Assembly: GCA_012959845.1 (NCBI GenBank)
Contig: DUCL01000092.1
Span: forward strand, 1-27,438
Length of the DNA stretch: 27,438 nt
Direction: 5' to 3'
Origin: Candidatus Poseidoniales archaeon
GTDB lineage: Archaea; Thermoplasmatota; Poseidoniia; Poseidoniales; Poseidoniaceae
Each line of letters opens with the position of its first letter. Positions within the stretch are counted from its first letter, which is position 1. The notes beneath the pieces are model-generated. The model saw only the letters and a program-made list of their open reading frames with translations, was not told the DNA's origin and ran no database searches. The position numbers and the translations under genes were made by a program. Below, one piece after another: positions 8,842-17,236 of this stretch.

Positions 8842-10404
8842 ATGGCAGACAAACAGAGCGAGGCTGTTGTCAATTTGCGCAGTATGCGTGAAAAGTCTCG
8901 CTTAGGAGGCGGTCTAAAGGCTCAAGAAGCAATTCGTGTTTCTGGAAGAGGTACTGCTAGAGATAGAATCAGTCTGCTTCTAGATGAAGGCTCTTTCATC
9001 GAAATAGATGCTTTCATCACTCACCGAACTACCGACCATGGAATGTTTATGCACCATACTCTTGGAGATGGAGTTGTTGCTGGGCATGGGACAATTAATG
9101 GAAGGAGAGTCTACTGTTTTTCTCAAGATTTTAGTGTTCATGGAGGTAGTATGGGTGAAATGCATGCCAAGAAAATCGCTAAGATTGTAGAGATGGCAGA
9201 CAAAGCAAAAACTCCAATTATTGGCATGTGGGATGGCGGAGGTCAAAGGGCTCAAGATGGAGTCAATGGCTTAGCAGGTACTGGTGAATTACTAGATCGC
9301 TTTGTTCAATGTAGTGGGCGTATTCCGATTATTAGTTTAGTATTGGGACCTGTTGTTGGCGTATCTGCCCTCGCAGCAAGTTTAGCAGATTTTACTATTT
9401 TAGGAGAAGAACATGGACAATTATTCCTCTCTTCACCGATTGAAACACCTGAGGTCATTTGTGGTGAAGTAGATGCCGCAGGATTGGGCGGAGCAAACCT
9501 TCACGCCTCTCGTTCTGGTATCGCTTGTCAAATTGCAAGCGATGAAGAAGATGCTTGTTTATTGGCAACTGAGATTCTATCCTATCTTCCAGACAACTGT
9601 ATGTGCGATGCACCATTTGAGCAAACTGCAGACCCGATTACAAGATTGAATACCAGTTTGGAGACACTTGTCCCTGATAATCCAAACAAGCCATATGATA
9701 TGGTCAAGGTTGTTGAAGAAATAGTAGACGATGGAATTTTTGTTGAATTATTTGAGGCATATGCTGATAATATAATTATTGGATTTGCGCGGTTGAATGG
9801 TATGCCTGTTGGAATCGTTGGTAATCAACCGAAGGTTTTAGCAGGATGTTTGGATATTGACGCATCGATAAAAGCTGCTCGATTCATTAGAACTTGTGAT
9901 GCCTTCAATATTCCATTAGTGACTTTTGAAGATGTACCTGGATTCCTTCCCGGCGTAGTTCAAGAATGGGGCGGGATTATTAGGCACGGTGCAAAATTAT
10001 TATTCGCATATGCTGAAGCAACGGTTCCAAAACTTACTTTGATCACAAGAAAGGCTTACGGTGGTGCATATTTGGCAATGTCATGTAAGCATTTACAGAG
10101 TGATTATAACGTTGCTTGGCCGACTGCAGAATTGGCAGTAATGGGTGCAGAAGGTGCGGTCAATGTTATTCATCGCAGAGAAATAAACGCAGTAGATGAC
10201 GAACATAAGGAAGAAGTTCGTCTTCGCTTAGTTTCCGAATACAAGAATAAGTTCGGAGACCCATATGTCGCTGCACGAAATGGATGGTTGGATGATGTTA
10301 TCGAGCCTGAGGAATCGAGGATGCGTTTATGCCGTGCATTGAATATTATCAAATCTAAGCGCGAATGGTCTCCACCTAAGAAACACGGCAATATTCCATT
10401 GTGA
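8842..10404 (+). CDS. Acyl-CoA carboxylase carboxyltransferase subunit (PccB/MmdA family), N-domain motifs divergent
   Basis: DGVVAGHG, QDFSVHGGSMG, DVPGFLPG, IRHGAKLL, RKAYGGAY, WPTAELAVMG, KKHGNIPL C-terminus. Confidence 0.92.
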   Translation: MADKQSEAVVNLRSMREKSRLGGGLKAQEAIRVSGRGTARDRISLLLDEGSFIEIDAFITHRTTDHGMFMHHTLGDGVVAGHGTINGRRVYCFSQDFSVHGGSMGEMHAKKIAKIVEMADKAKTPIIGMWDGGGQRAQDGVNGLAGTGELLDRFVQCSGRIPIISLVLGPVVGVSALAASLADFTILGEEHGQLFLSSPIETPEVICGEVDAAGLGGANLHASRSGIACQIASDEEDACLLATEILSYLPDNCMCDAPFEQTADPITRLNTSLETLVPDNPNKPYDMVKVVEEIVDDGIFVELFEAYADNIIIGFARLNGMPVGIVGNQPKVLAGCLDIDASIKAARFIRTCDAFNIPLVTFEDVPGFLPGVVQEWGGIIRHGAKLLFAYAEATVPKLTLITRKAYGGAYLAMSCKHLQSDYNVAWPTAELAVMGAEGAVNVIHRREINAVDDEHKEEVRLRLVSEYKNKFGDPYVAARNGWLDDVIEPEESRMRLCRALNIIKSKREWSPPKKHGNIPL

Positions 10405-10407
10405 GAC

Positions 10408-13203
10408 TCATATTTTCTTCGCTCTTGCTAGCAGGCCGGTTGAACCTGTTTCTGAATCACTTTCTGAATCCTTTTCTTCATCATTATCTGATATATCATT
10501 ACCGACTTCTTGTTCTACATCCAGTGATTCCTGGCGGAGTAAGTGCGCATTAGAATTCGAATTCTTGTTGATGAATATCACAAGTGCAATGATTAGTAAT
10601 ATTCCCACCATTGCGATTATCATTTCATTAGAAATAGAATCACTTTGAATGTTTTCAGATTCTTCAGCAGGTGGCTTGAGATTCATGTCCAAGGTATATT
10701 CTATTCCGACTGTTTGATTTAATTCTAAGTCAGTGACGCGAATAGTGATTGTAATATTCCCATCGTGCTGTTGTGGCAATACGAGCATTGTAACACATTT
10801 GGATATGTGATTAGTTTCATCATTATTACATGATGAAGTGACATTCTGTGAAATGTTTTCAAGATAGAAAGTAACATCTGCTGATAGTTCTTCATCCAAA
10901 TCAATGAGGTCCCATTGAACTGTAGCAGCCGTTTTGTCAATCAGATTTACATTGCCAATCGTAATAGTAGGCAAATCTGGTTGGGGATTGATTGTTACAT
11001 TTAATGTTGCAGAATAATGGCTATTTCCATCGCTGACATTCAGATTTTGAGAATTACAAATTCCATATTTATCTGGTTTCATATTGATCAATAAGTCATT
11101 GCCAGCGATGACAAAATTGCATTTAGAAGATTCAATACCCTCAATCGACCAAGTCAACGGGTCATCATCAATATCATAAGCAAAATCACGCAAATCTAGA
11201 ACCATTGATTCGTCTTCTGTAGCATTAATGTCCCATGCGGTGTTATTGGTCACCAATATGTCGTCAACCGCTAGTACATTTATAGGAATATCTAGGTTTA
11301 ATGCGGGATTAAAACCATCTCCAACCAGCATATGAATCACTACTGCACCATTTTGATTTGCAAGTGGTGTAATTGTTACGAAACCATCTGCAATGTTTAC
11401 TGAAACTGGGCCTAATTGTGAAGATGCATTGGTATTGATTAGGCCAGCAATTTCCTCACCTTCCGGGTCAAAAACATATTCAGATAAATTCAATATAACC
11501 GGTGCTGAATCTTCATCCATCACCTGCAATGGTATATTTTTAATCAAAATAGCAGGGTCATCAACTGGCATTACGCGCAGTGTTATTTCTGCTGTTGCTT
11601 CGTCAATAGTTTGACCACCCGCACTTAATTCAAGCCTTAGATTATTCAGGCCAGTCCATTCTTCATCTAAACTATGGAACACAGTAAATCCGAGGCTATC
11701 AGAATCAATTTGGAAGTGGAAATGTTGGGAGTTTTGGCCAACTAATGTTGCATTTTCAACAAATACACTCTGTCCATCAGGGTCATACGCTATTAGACCA
11801 TTTTCAACATGAGTGCTACCTCTTTGAGGAATGTCGATAATTGCAGGTGGAGTCAATACAACCAATGGTGAATCTGTTCTAATAATGTTCAGGTGTCTAT
11901 GAGAAGGAGCCCCTTCAACATATACGCTAATTGTCAAACGATTCTGCCCCGGTTGAACATCAGCCATTGGGAATAAACAAATTGCCACACCACCACTGTT
12001 AATTTGTCCGAGGGTTGTATTTTCTGCGGAATCAATAGCACAATTCACAGTTACATTCCATTCACTGGGCAACTGTGAATAATTTAATCCATTACGTAAA
12101 GTCCAATCCATTTTCAAATTCACTGTATCTTCTGGACCCATCGATTCATTATTATTAGGCACCGACCAAATAGCACCAACTTTGAGCCAATCTGCAGAAG
12201 ACAGATTTTCAACAACATAAGAATCTGGGTCGGCGACAATACTTGATGAGACCGGCCTATTGAAAGCATCACGGAAACGACTGTGATCTCCCCTTAATGC
12301 TGCATCCAAATAGGCAACAATATGAGTTGCACTCAAATCCAATTGTGCCTCTTTACTCATTGTAGCATCACCATCATCATTTTCAAAAATTGAAGTTGTG
12401 TCCTGGAATTGGTAGTGATTTGCACCCAATAAGTGCATCAATTGCCATGAAAAATCTTTGATTGTGTGAAGTCTGGTTATTGCATCCGATGCAGGAGCAA
12501 CTTCATCGGTAGTTCCAGTAATGAAGAATCCTGTATTTGGTGCAGGCGCCTGCCAATCCGTTGTTGAGAATGCTCCAACTTGTTGATTCCATGAAGAAAA
12601 GTCGGCACCGACTGCAAATATTCCGCTCGGCCCATGTGTTGTATTTCCATTATCGCTTGCTAGCCAATTTGGATAGAGTGATGTTGCGGTCATTGCTCCA
12701 ACTCCATGACCGGCAAGCGCCCAGTGATTTACATCGATATTACCAAATCCTCCTAAAATTACAGAGTGGGAGTTATTTGTGTCATTCATCAATTCAAGTG
12801 CTGTTTGGGCAATCTCAATTCCTTCCGAAAGGTCGTTAGAGTCCTGCATTTCTTGTGTTACCAATACAATGTAACCGCGTTTTACGATTTTACTTGTCAA
12901 TTCCATATAACCATCTTGTGCCTCACCATCTGAACCAAAAAAGAGGACCCAAGGGAATGGACCATTACCGGCCATTTCATCATCGCTCCCACCTATCATC
13001 GCAGGATATATCATCTCAAAACCTTGTGAATTAGGTCCGAAACCAATGCTGATATCACTCCAGCCAATTGGGAAATCAACACCTTCATGTGTTGGCTCAA
13101 AATTATCGTCCTCTTGTAATAATGAAGCGCTAACGAGGGGAAATAATGCCGAAAACATCAGCATTGATAAAATGAATAATGATGATTTTTCAATTCCTCT
13201 CAT
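10408..13203 (-). CDS. Secreted, C-terminally anchored alpha/beta-hydrolase-fold protein with cadherin/Ig-like repeats; nucleophile Ser absent
   Basis: Signal peptide (SSLFILSMLMFSALFPLVSA), YPA..GPFPWVLF..Y..L..RGYIV, elbow GHGVG, ITGTTD, GANHYQF, repeats with VDD/DED/DPEG motifs, TM IIAMVGILLIIALVIFI, acidic tail. ATG 13203 preferred over TTG 13221. Confidence 0.85.
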   Translation of the reverse strand: MRGIEKSSLFILSMLMFSALFPLVSASLLQEDDNFEPTHEGVDFPIGWSDISIGFGPNSQGFEMIYPAMIGGSDDEMAGNGPFPWVLFFGSDGEAQDGYMELTSKIVKRGYIVLVTQEMQDSNDLSEGIEIAQTALELMNDTNNSHSVILGGFGNIDVNHWALAGHGVGAMTATSLYPNWLASDNGNTTHGPSGIFAVGADFSSWNQQVGAFSTTDWQAPAPNTGFFITGTTDEVAPASDAITRLHTIKDFSWQLMHLLGANHYQFQDTTSIFENDDGDATMSKEAQLDLSATHIVAYLDAALRGDHSRFRDAFNRPVSSSIVADPDSYVVENLSSADWLKVGAIWSVPNNNESMGPEDTVNLKMDWTLRNGLNYSQLPSEWNVTVNCAIDSAENTTLGQINSGGVAICLFPMADVQPGQNRLTISVYVEGAPSHRHLNIIRTDSPLVVLTPPAIIDIPQRGSTHVENGLIAYDPDGQSVFVENATLVGQNSQHFHFQIDSDSLGFTVFHSLDEEWTGLNNLRLELSAGGQTIDEATAEITLRVMPVDDPAILIKNIPLQVMDEDSAPVILNLSEYVFDPEGEEIAGLINTNASSQLGPVSVNIADGFVTITPLANQNGAVVIHMLVGDGFNPALNLDIPINVLAVDDILVTNNTAWDINATEDESMVLDLRDFAYDIDDDPLTWSIEGIESSKCNFVIAGNDLLINMKPDKYGICNSQNLNVSDGNSHYSATLNVTINPQPDLPTITIGNVNLIDKTAATVQWDLIDLDEELSADVTFYLENISQNVTSSCNNDETNHISKCVTMLVLPQQHDGNITITIRVTDLELNQTVGIEYTLDMNLKPPAEESENIQSDSISNEMIIAMVGILLIIALVIFINKNSNSNAHLLRQESLDVEQEVGNDISDNDEEKDSESDSETGSTGLLARAKKI

Positions 13204-13205
13204 AC

Positions 13206-13221
13206 TTGCCACATGTGGCAA
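13206..13221. promoter_or_regulatory. Perfect 16-bp palindrome TTGCCACATGTGGCAA, candidate operator
   Basis: Self-complementary. Extends to 13202-13225 with one mismatch. Lies directly upstream of ATG 13203 (- strand). Confidence 0.55.
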
Positions 13222-13249
13222 CTATAAGCCATAGTTCTTTGAATCTTCG

Positions 13250-14308
13250 TCAATTTGCGTATGATTCAAGCACTGCTTCAGCATATGCTAACTTTGTCAG
13301 CAACAATCCAATCGATGGCAACATATCGCCTAAATGTGGTGCCCAAAAATTTGACCAGCATTCTAAATGTTGAGACACAAGCAACCAGCGACCATCAAAT
13401 GGCCCTTCTGCCAACATCTCAATTCTTTCTTCAGCAGTACCTTGCATAAGCGTGTATGGTGCTTTGAAAACAAATTTTGCCTTGTCATGGATTCTTATTA
13501 CATCTTGAATTTCACCAATATCGCTACCATCAAAGTTAATGAAAGCATCTATTTTTCCAGAGTATTCTTTGCTATTAATCCACTCACCTTCAGGAAGTGG
13601 GCGCCGCCCTTCTATCGCAATTACCTTTCCACCCGAATTAATCCATTCATAGGCAGTGCTACGAGCAGCGCCACCTCCACCAAGTATTGCTATTACTGCT
13701 CCATCTGCAACATCGACGCCATGATAATCTGCAATAGAAACTACACCTAATCCGTCAAATGTACCACAAAACCAACCTTGCCCATCCCATCTGAGACAAT
13801 TTACTGATTTAATTTCCATAGAATTGTCAATTGAATTTACCGCATTACTAACCAATGTATGTTTCAATGGCGCGGTTAGGTTTATCCAAACCTCTTCTCT
13901 CAATGCTGATTTAGGTAGTTTTGAATTACCTACTGATTTCATCTTATCCGATATTTCTTGTATTTGTAATTCTAAACTCTTGTTAGTTTTTGATTCCAAT
14001 AGCACTGAACAATCGAGAACTTCTCTTGAAGCTTCAACCGCCTTTTCTAATAACGCAGTTGTTCTATATTTTCCGAATGGTGCCCCAGTCCATTTCCATG
14101 GTAGTGAGTTTGGCATTGAACCTGCGTATCCCCATGCAAGTGCATCCTCAATCACCGTGGTTTCGACTAAATCTAACTTTAATAATTTGAAATCTGCTGA
14201 CACTTTTTGTTTTATTGAACTAATATGATCATGCACAATAGCCAATAGCAGGGGGGATAATGACTGTTCCACAGGAGAGCCTGCTATCGCATAACGTATT
14301 CCTGCCAC
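13250..14308 (-). CDS. aroE: Shikimate dehydrogenase family protein (AroE-like) with ~80-aa insertion
   Basis: SLSP, NLTAPLK, SVNC, TFDG, GGGGAARS and LVSQ motifs match AroE substrate and Rossmann motifs; GTG start. Confidence 0.72.
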   Translation of the reverse strand: MAGIRYAIAGSPVEQSLSPLLLAIVHDHISSIKQKVSADFKLLKLDLVETTVIEDALAWGYAGSMPNSLPWKWTGAPFGKYRTTALLEKAVEASREVLDCSVLLESKTNKSLELQIQEISDKMKSVGNSKLPKSALREEVWINLTAPLKHTLVSNAVNSIDNSMEIKSVNCLRWDGQGWFCGTFDGLGVVSIADYHGVDVADGAVIAILGGGGAARSTAYEWINSGGKVIAIEGRRPLPEGEWINSKEYSGKIDAFINFDGSDIGEIQDVIRIHDKAKFVFKAPYTLMQGTAEERIEMLAEGPFDGRWLLVSQHLECWSNFWAPHLGDMLPSIGLLLTKLAYAEAVLESYAN

Positions 14309-14329
14309 GAATATACACAGTGAGGGTAG

Positions 14330-14383
14330 TTATTGAAACTTGTTCGCTTACAATATCCAAAAAAACGGGCGAGGATTCAATAA
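14330..14383. promoter_or_regulatory. Back-to-back divergent promoter boxes TTCAATAA
   Basis: TTATTGAA at 14330-14337 (TTCAATAA on -) and TTCAATAA at 14376-14383; each box ends 22 nt before its start codon (GTG 14308, ATG 14405). Confidence 0.55.
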
Positions 14384-14404
14384 TGAGTAAACACAGGGGC
14401 TAAT

Positions 14405-14779
14405 ATGCAAGATATCAAGTTCAAGGCGGAAAAATCCACCATCGGCATGTTAACTGGTGCGCTTGGATTATACATGACCGCTGCGATGTGGTTTGAATTT
14501 AATGAGGCTTTGGGATTTTATCTCGGACCTAGTTTGGGAGTGATAATCGGTACTATTGTTTTTTTAATATACCAATCCAACAAAAATGTGAAAGAATTTT
14601 CATTGGGGGGAAATTACGATACTTCTGAACGTACAGCGGGTGTTGAGCAGGCCGATGGTAGAGTGTATCAAACCGATGGCCATATAGAACCGGGAAGAAA
14701 TGCTGTAGGATATATTGCCATAATATATGTCATCATCATTATTCTCAGTGAATTAACTTGGTCAAATTTGATTATTTGA
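14405..14779 (+). CDS. Hypothetical membrane protein (3 TM), first gene of the flotillin operon
   Basis: 124-aa ORF with three hydrophobic segments, co-directional and tightly spaced with downstream genes. Confidence 0.75.
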   Translation: MQDIKFKAEKSTIGMLTGALGLYMTAAMWFEFNEALGFYLGPSLGVIIGTIVFLIYQSNKNVKEFSLGGNYDTSERTAGVEQADGRVYQTDGHIEPGRNAVGYIAIIYVIIIILSELTWSNLII

Positions 14780-14788
14780 GGTCATATA

Positions 14789-15043
14789 ATGTCAGGCCTA
14801 CTTGATGTTTTCATGATGAAGGAAAGAGTGAATGACGGTTCAAATCCCATCTTGATCGTCTTAGAAAAAGCTTCGATGATGTTGTCACTATTTATTATTG
14901 GAACTATTGGTTATGGATTAAAACTCCCTGGTTGGGGAATTGGGGTACTAGTTGGCGCTAGTTTGGGCCCTGTGGTGTATATTCATTACTACATATTATA
15001 CATTAGACCTCTAAAAAAGAGGGGCAACATTGATGGCAAATAA
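14789..15043 (+). CDS. Small hypothetical membrane protein (2 TM)
   Basis: 84-aa ORF with GAGGT SD upstream, 9 nt after the previous stop. Confidence 0.7.
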   Translation: MSGLLDVFMMKERVNDGSNPILIVLEKASMMLSLFIIGTIGYGLKLPGWGIGVLVGASLGPVVYIHYYILYIRPLKKRGNIDGK

Positions 15044-15069
15044 CTAATCTCACAGATTGAGGCGGAAAT

Positions 15070-15699
15070 ATGAGTGGACTCTTTTCTTCAATATTAGGAT
15101 TTTTAGGCTTAGAAGCCATTACTGGCGTAGACTTATTATTTGCAGGTTCTGCAATTGTGGGCACTATACTATTTTTGATATATTTTGTTCTGGTTCTAGT
15201 TGGCGGTGTTGCGGATGGGGCAATGGATGCTTTAGGCTTTGACATTGACTTGGATGTCGGGGCTGAAGGAATATTCCATATGCTAACAATACAAGGATTA
15301 CTGAGTTTCATGATGATGTTTGGTATTTTTGGACTAGGTGTTTCTCAATCAAATGATAATGTATTGTACGCAATTGGTGCAGGTACAATCGCCGGTATAG
15401 GCTCTATGTGGGTTATTGGTAAAGTATTCCAATTGATGAAAAGTTTAGAGACCGATGGTACTGTAAAATATCACGAAGCAATAGGGGCTAAAGGAAAAGT
15501 GTATCAAACAATTTACCCTGGAGATTCTGGTCAAGTTCAAGTAGAATTCACTGGAGCCCTTAGAACTGTCTCCGCAGTTAGCCAAAATGAAAAGGAAGAA
15601 ATAAAAACTGGAAAATTCATTCAAGTGGTTGACCACATTGGTGAAACTCTAATTGTAAAAGCAATTTCAGTCACTGTTTCTAATGATTCTGAAGAATAA
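15070..15699 (+). CDS. NfeD-like membrane protein with C-terminal OB-fold (YuaF/YqiJ-type flotillin partner)
   Basis: N-terminal TM helices, then IGAKGKVYQTI.PG..GQVQV.......AVS......G..I.VV...G.TL.V typical of NfeD-C; adjacent to flotillin. Confidence 0.85.
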   Translation: MSGLFSSILGFLGLEAITGVDLLFAGSAIVGTILFLIYFVLVLVGGVADGAMDALGFDIDLDVGAEGIFHMLTIQGLLSFMMMFGIFGLGVSQSNDNVLYAIGAGTIAGIGSMWVIGKVFQLMKSLETDGTVKYHEAIGAKGKVYQTIYPGDSGQVQVEFTGALRTVSAVSQNEKEEIKTGKFIQVVDHIGETLIVKAISVTVSNDSEE

Positions 15700-15749
15700 G
15701 GTTCAACATAATCGGGTCAAGACTCATAAAGGAGTGCTTGCATGGCTGT

Positions 15750-17147
15750 ATGAGTACTATGGCATCAGGAGCATTGTTTCTTTTAGGAATTGGATTATTT
15801 GTAGCAGTTGTAATGGGGACAATCTATATCGCAACATCAAGATATAAGTTGGCACCATCTGACAAGATTTTGGTTGTATATGGTAATGTAAAGACTGGTG
15901 GAGCGGCCGCCTGTTACCACGGTGGTGGACGAGTCGTTTGGCCTCTAATCCAGCATTATGCATATTTAGATCTAAAACCTATGACTATTCTAATCAATCT
16001 TGAACACGCACTTTCGTCACAAAATATCCGTGTTACTGTGCCTTCAACATTTACTATTGGTGTGTCGACAGAGCCATCAATTATGTCAAATGCTGCAGAG
16101 CGTTTACTTGGATTAAACCAGCCACAAATTGAAGATATGGCTAAAGAAATTATTTTTGGTCAACTACGTCTTACAGTTGCATCTCTTTCAATTGAAGCAA
16201 TCAATTCAGACAGAGAGGCTTTCTTGCGAGATGTTTCATTAAATGTTGACACTGAACTGCACAAGATTGGACTTTACCTAATCAACGTTAACATCATCGA
16301 TATTACTGATGAATCAGATTATATCAAATCCATCGGTGTTGCTGCTGCTACAGAGGCTATTGCTAAAGCGGATATTGCCCGTTCAACCGCTGAGAGAGAT
16401 GGACGCATTGGTGTATCTAATCAAGAGATGGAAATGAGAACTCAAGTTGCTAATAACGATGCAGAAGCTGTGAAAGGTGAGAAAGATGCTGAAACAATGA
16501 AGCGTATTTACATCAACCAACAAGAAGCACTTGCGGTTGAAGGTGAAAACGTTTCAGCGGCATCTATCGCTCATTACAATGCTGATCTTGCTGAGAAAGA
16601 GGCTGAAGCACTTCAACGTTCAGAAGTTGCAAAGCGTATGGCTCAAGTAAATATTCAGAAGGCTCAATATGAAATGGAAGGAGAAAGACTCCGTGCTGAA
16701 GAAATTGCTCGTGAAGAAATTGCTAAGGAACAAATCGAAATCGCTGCTTCTGCTGAAGCAAGCAGAGAACGCCTAATCGCACAAGGTCAAGCGGATGCTA
16801 TTCTTGCGCGATATAATGCAGAGGCTGCTGGACAACAAGCAGTATTAGAAGCAAAGGCTGTTGGTTACGCACAACTAGTAAAGAGCGCTGGTGGCGACGC
16901 AAAAGCCGCTGCTACCTTGCTAATGGTTGAGAAGATTGAAACATTAGTTGCAAAGCAAACTGAGGCAATATCTAACCTGAAGATTGACAAGATTACTGTT
17001 TGGGATTCTGGTAATGGAGGAGAATCCGGAGGTTCAACTGCGAACTTCATCTCCTCTCTAATCAAGTCTTTACCACCGGTACATGATGTTGCAGCAATGG
17101 CTGGCGTTGACCTTCCAGATTACCTTGGAACTGTCAAAGACGAGTGA
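15750..17147 (+). CDS. Flotillin-like SPFH/band-7 protein
   Basis: N-terminal TM, ILVVYG, GGGRVVWP, SPFH core (GQLRLTVASLSIE.IN.DRE.F), AE/EA-rich coiled coil, IDKITVWD and LIKSLPP end. Start ATG 15750 or 15759 (track TTG 15738). Confidence 0.93.
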   Translation: MSTMASGALFLLGIGLFVAVVMGTIYIATSRYKLAPSDKILVVYGNVKTGGAAACYHGGGRVVWPLIQHYAYLDLKPMTILINLEHALSSQNIRVTVPSTFTIGVSTEPSIMSNAAERLLGLNQPQIEDMAKEIIFGQLRLTVASLSIEAINSDREAFLRDVSLNVDTELHKIGLYLINVNIIDITDESDYIKSIGVAAATEAIAKADIARSTAERDGRIGVSNQEMEMRTQVANNDAEAVKGEKDAETMKRIYINQQEALAVEGENVSAASIAHYNADLAEKEAEALQRSEVAKRMAQVNIQKAQYEMEGERLRAEEIAREEIAKEQIEIAASAEASRERLIAQGQADAILARYNAEAAGQQAVLEAKAVGYAQLVKSAGGDAKAAATLLMVEKIETLVAKQTEAISNLKIDKITVWDSGNGGESGGSTANFISSLIKSLPPVHDVAAMAGVDLPDYLGTVKDE

Positions 17148-17172
17148 TTTGACTAATTTCAAAGACCCGACA

Positions 17173-17191
17173 AATGGCTATTTCAGCCATT
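17173..17191. terminator. 7-bp hairpin between flotillin and fhs (terminator or operator)
   Basis: AATGGCT-ATTTC-AGCCATT. Confidence 0.3.
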
Positions 17192-17236
17192 AAATGAAGC
17201 GAGGGATTGAAAGGTGGTTGTGCGCGCAAGCAACAT

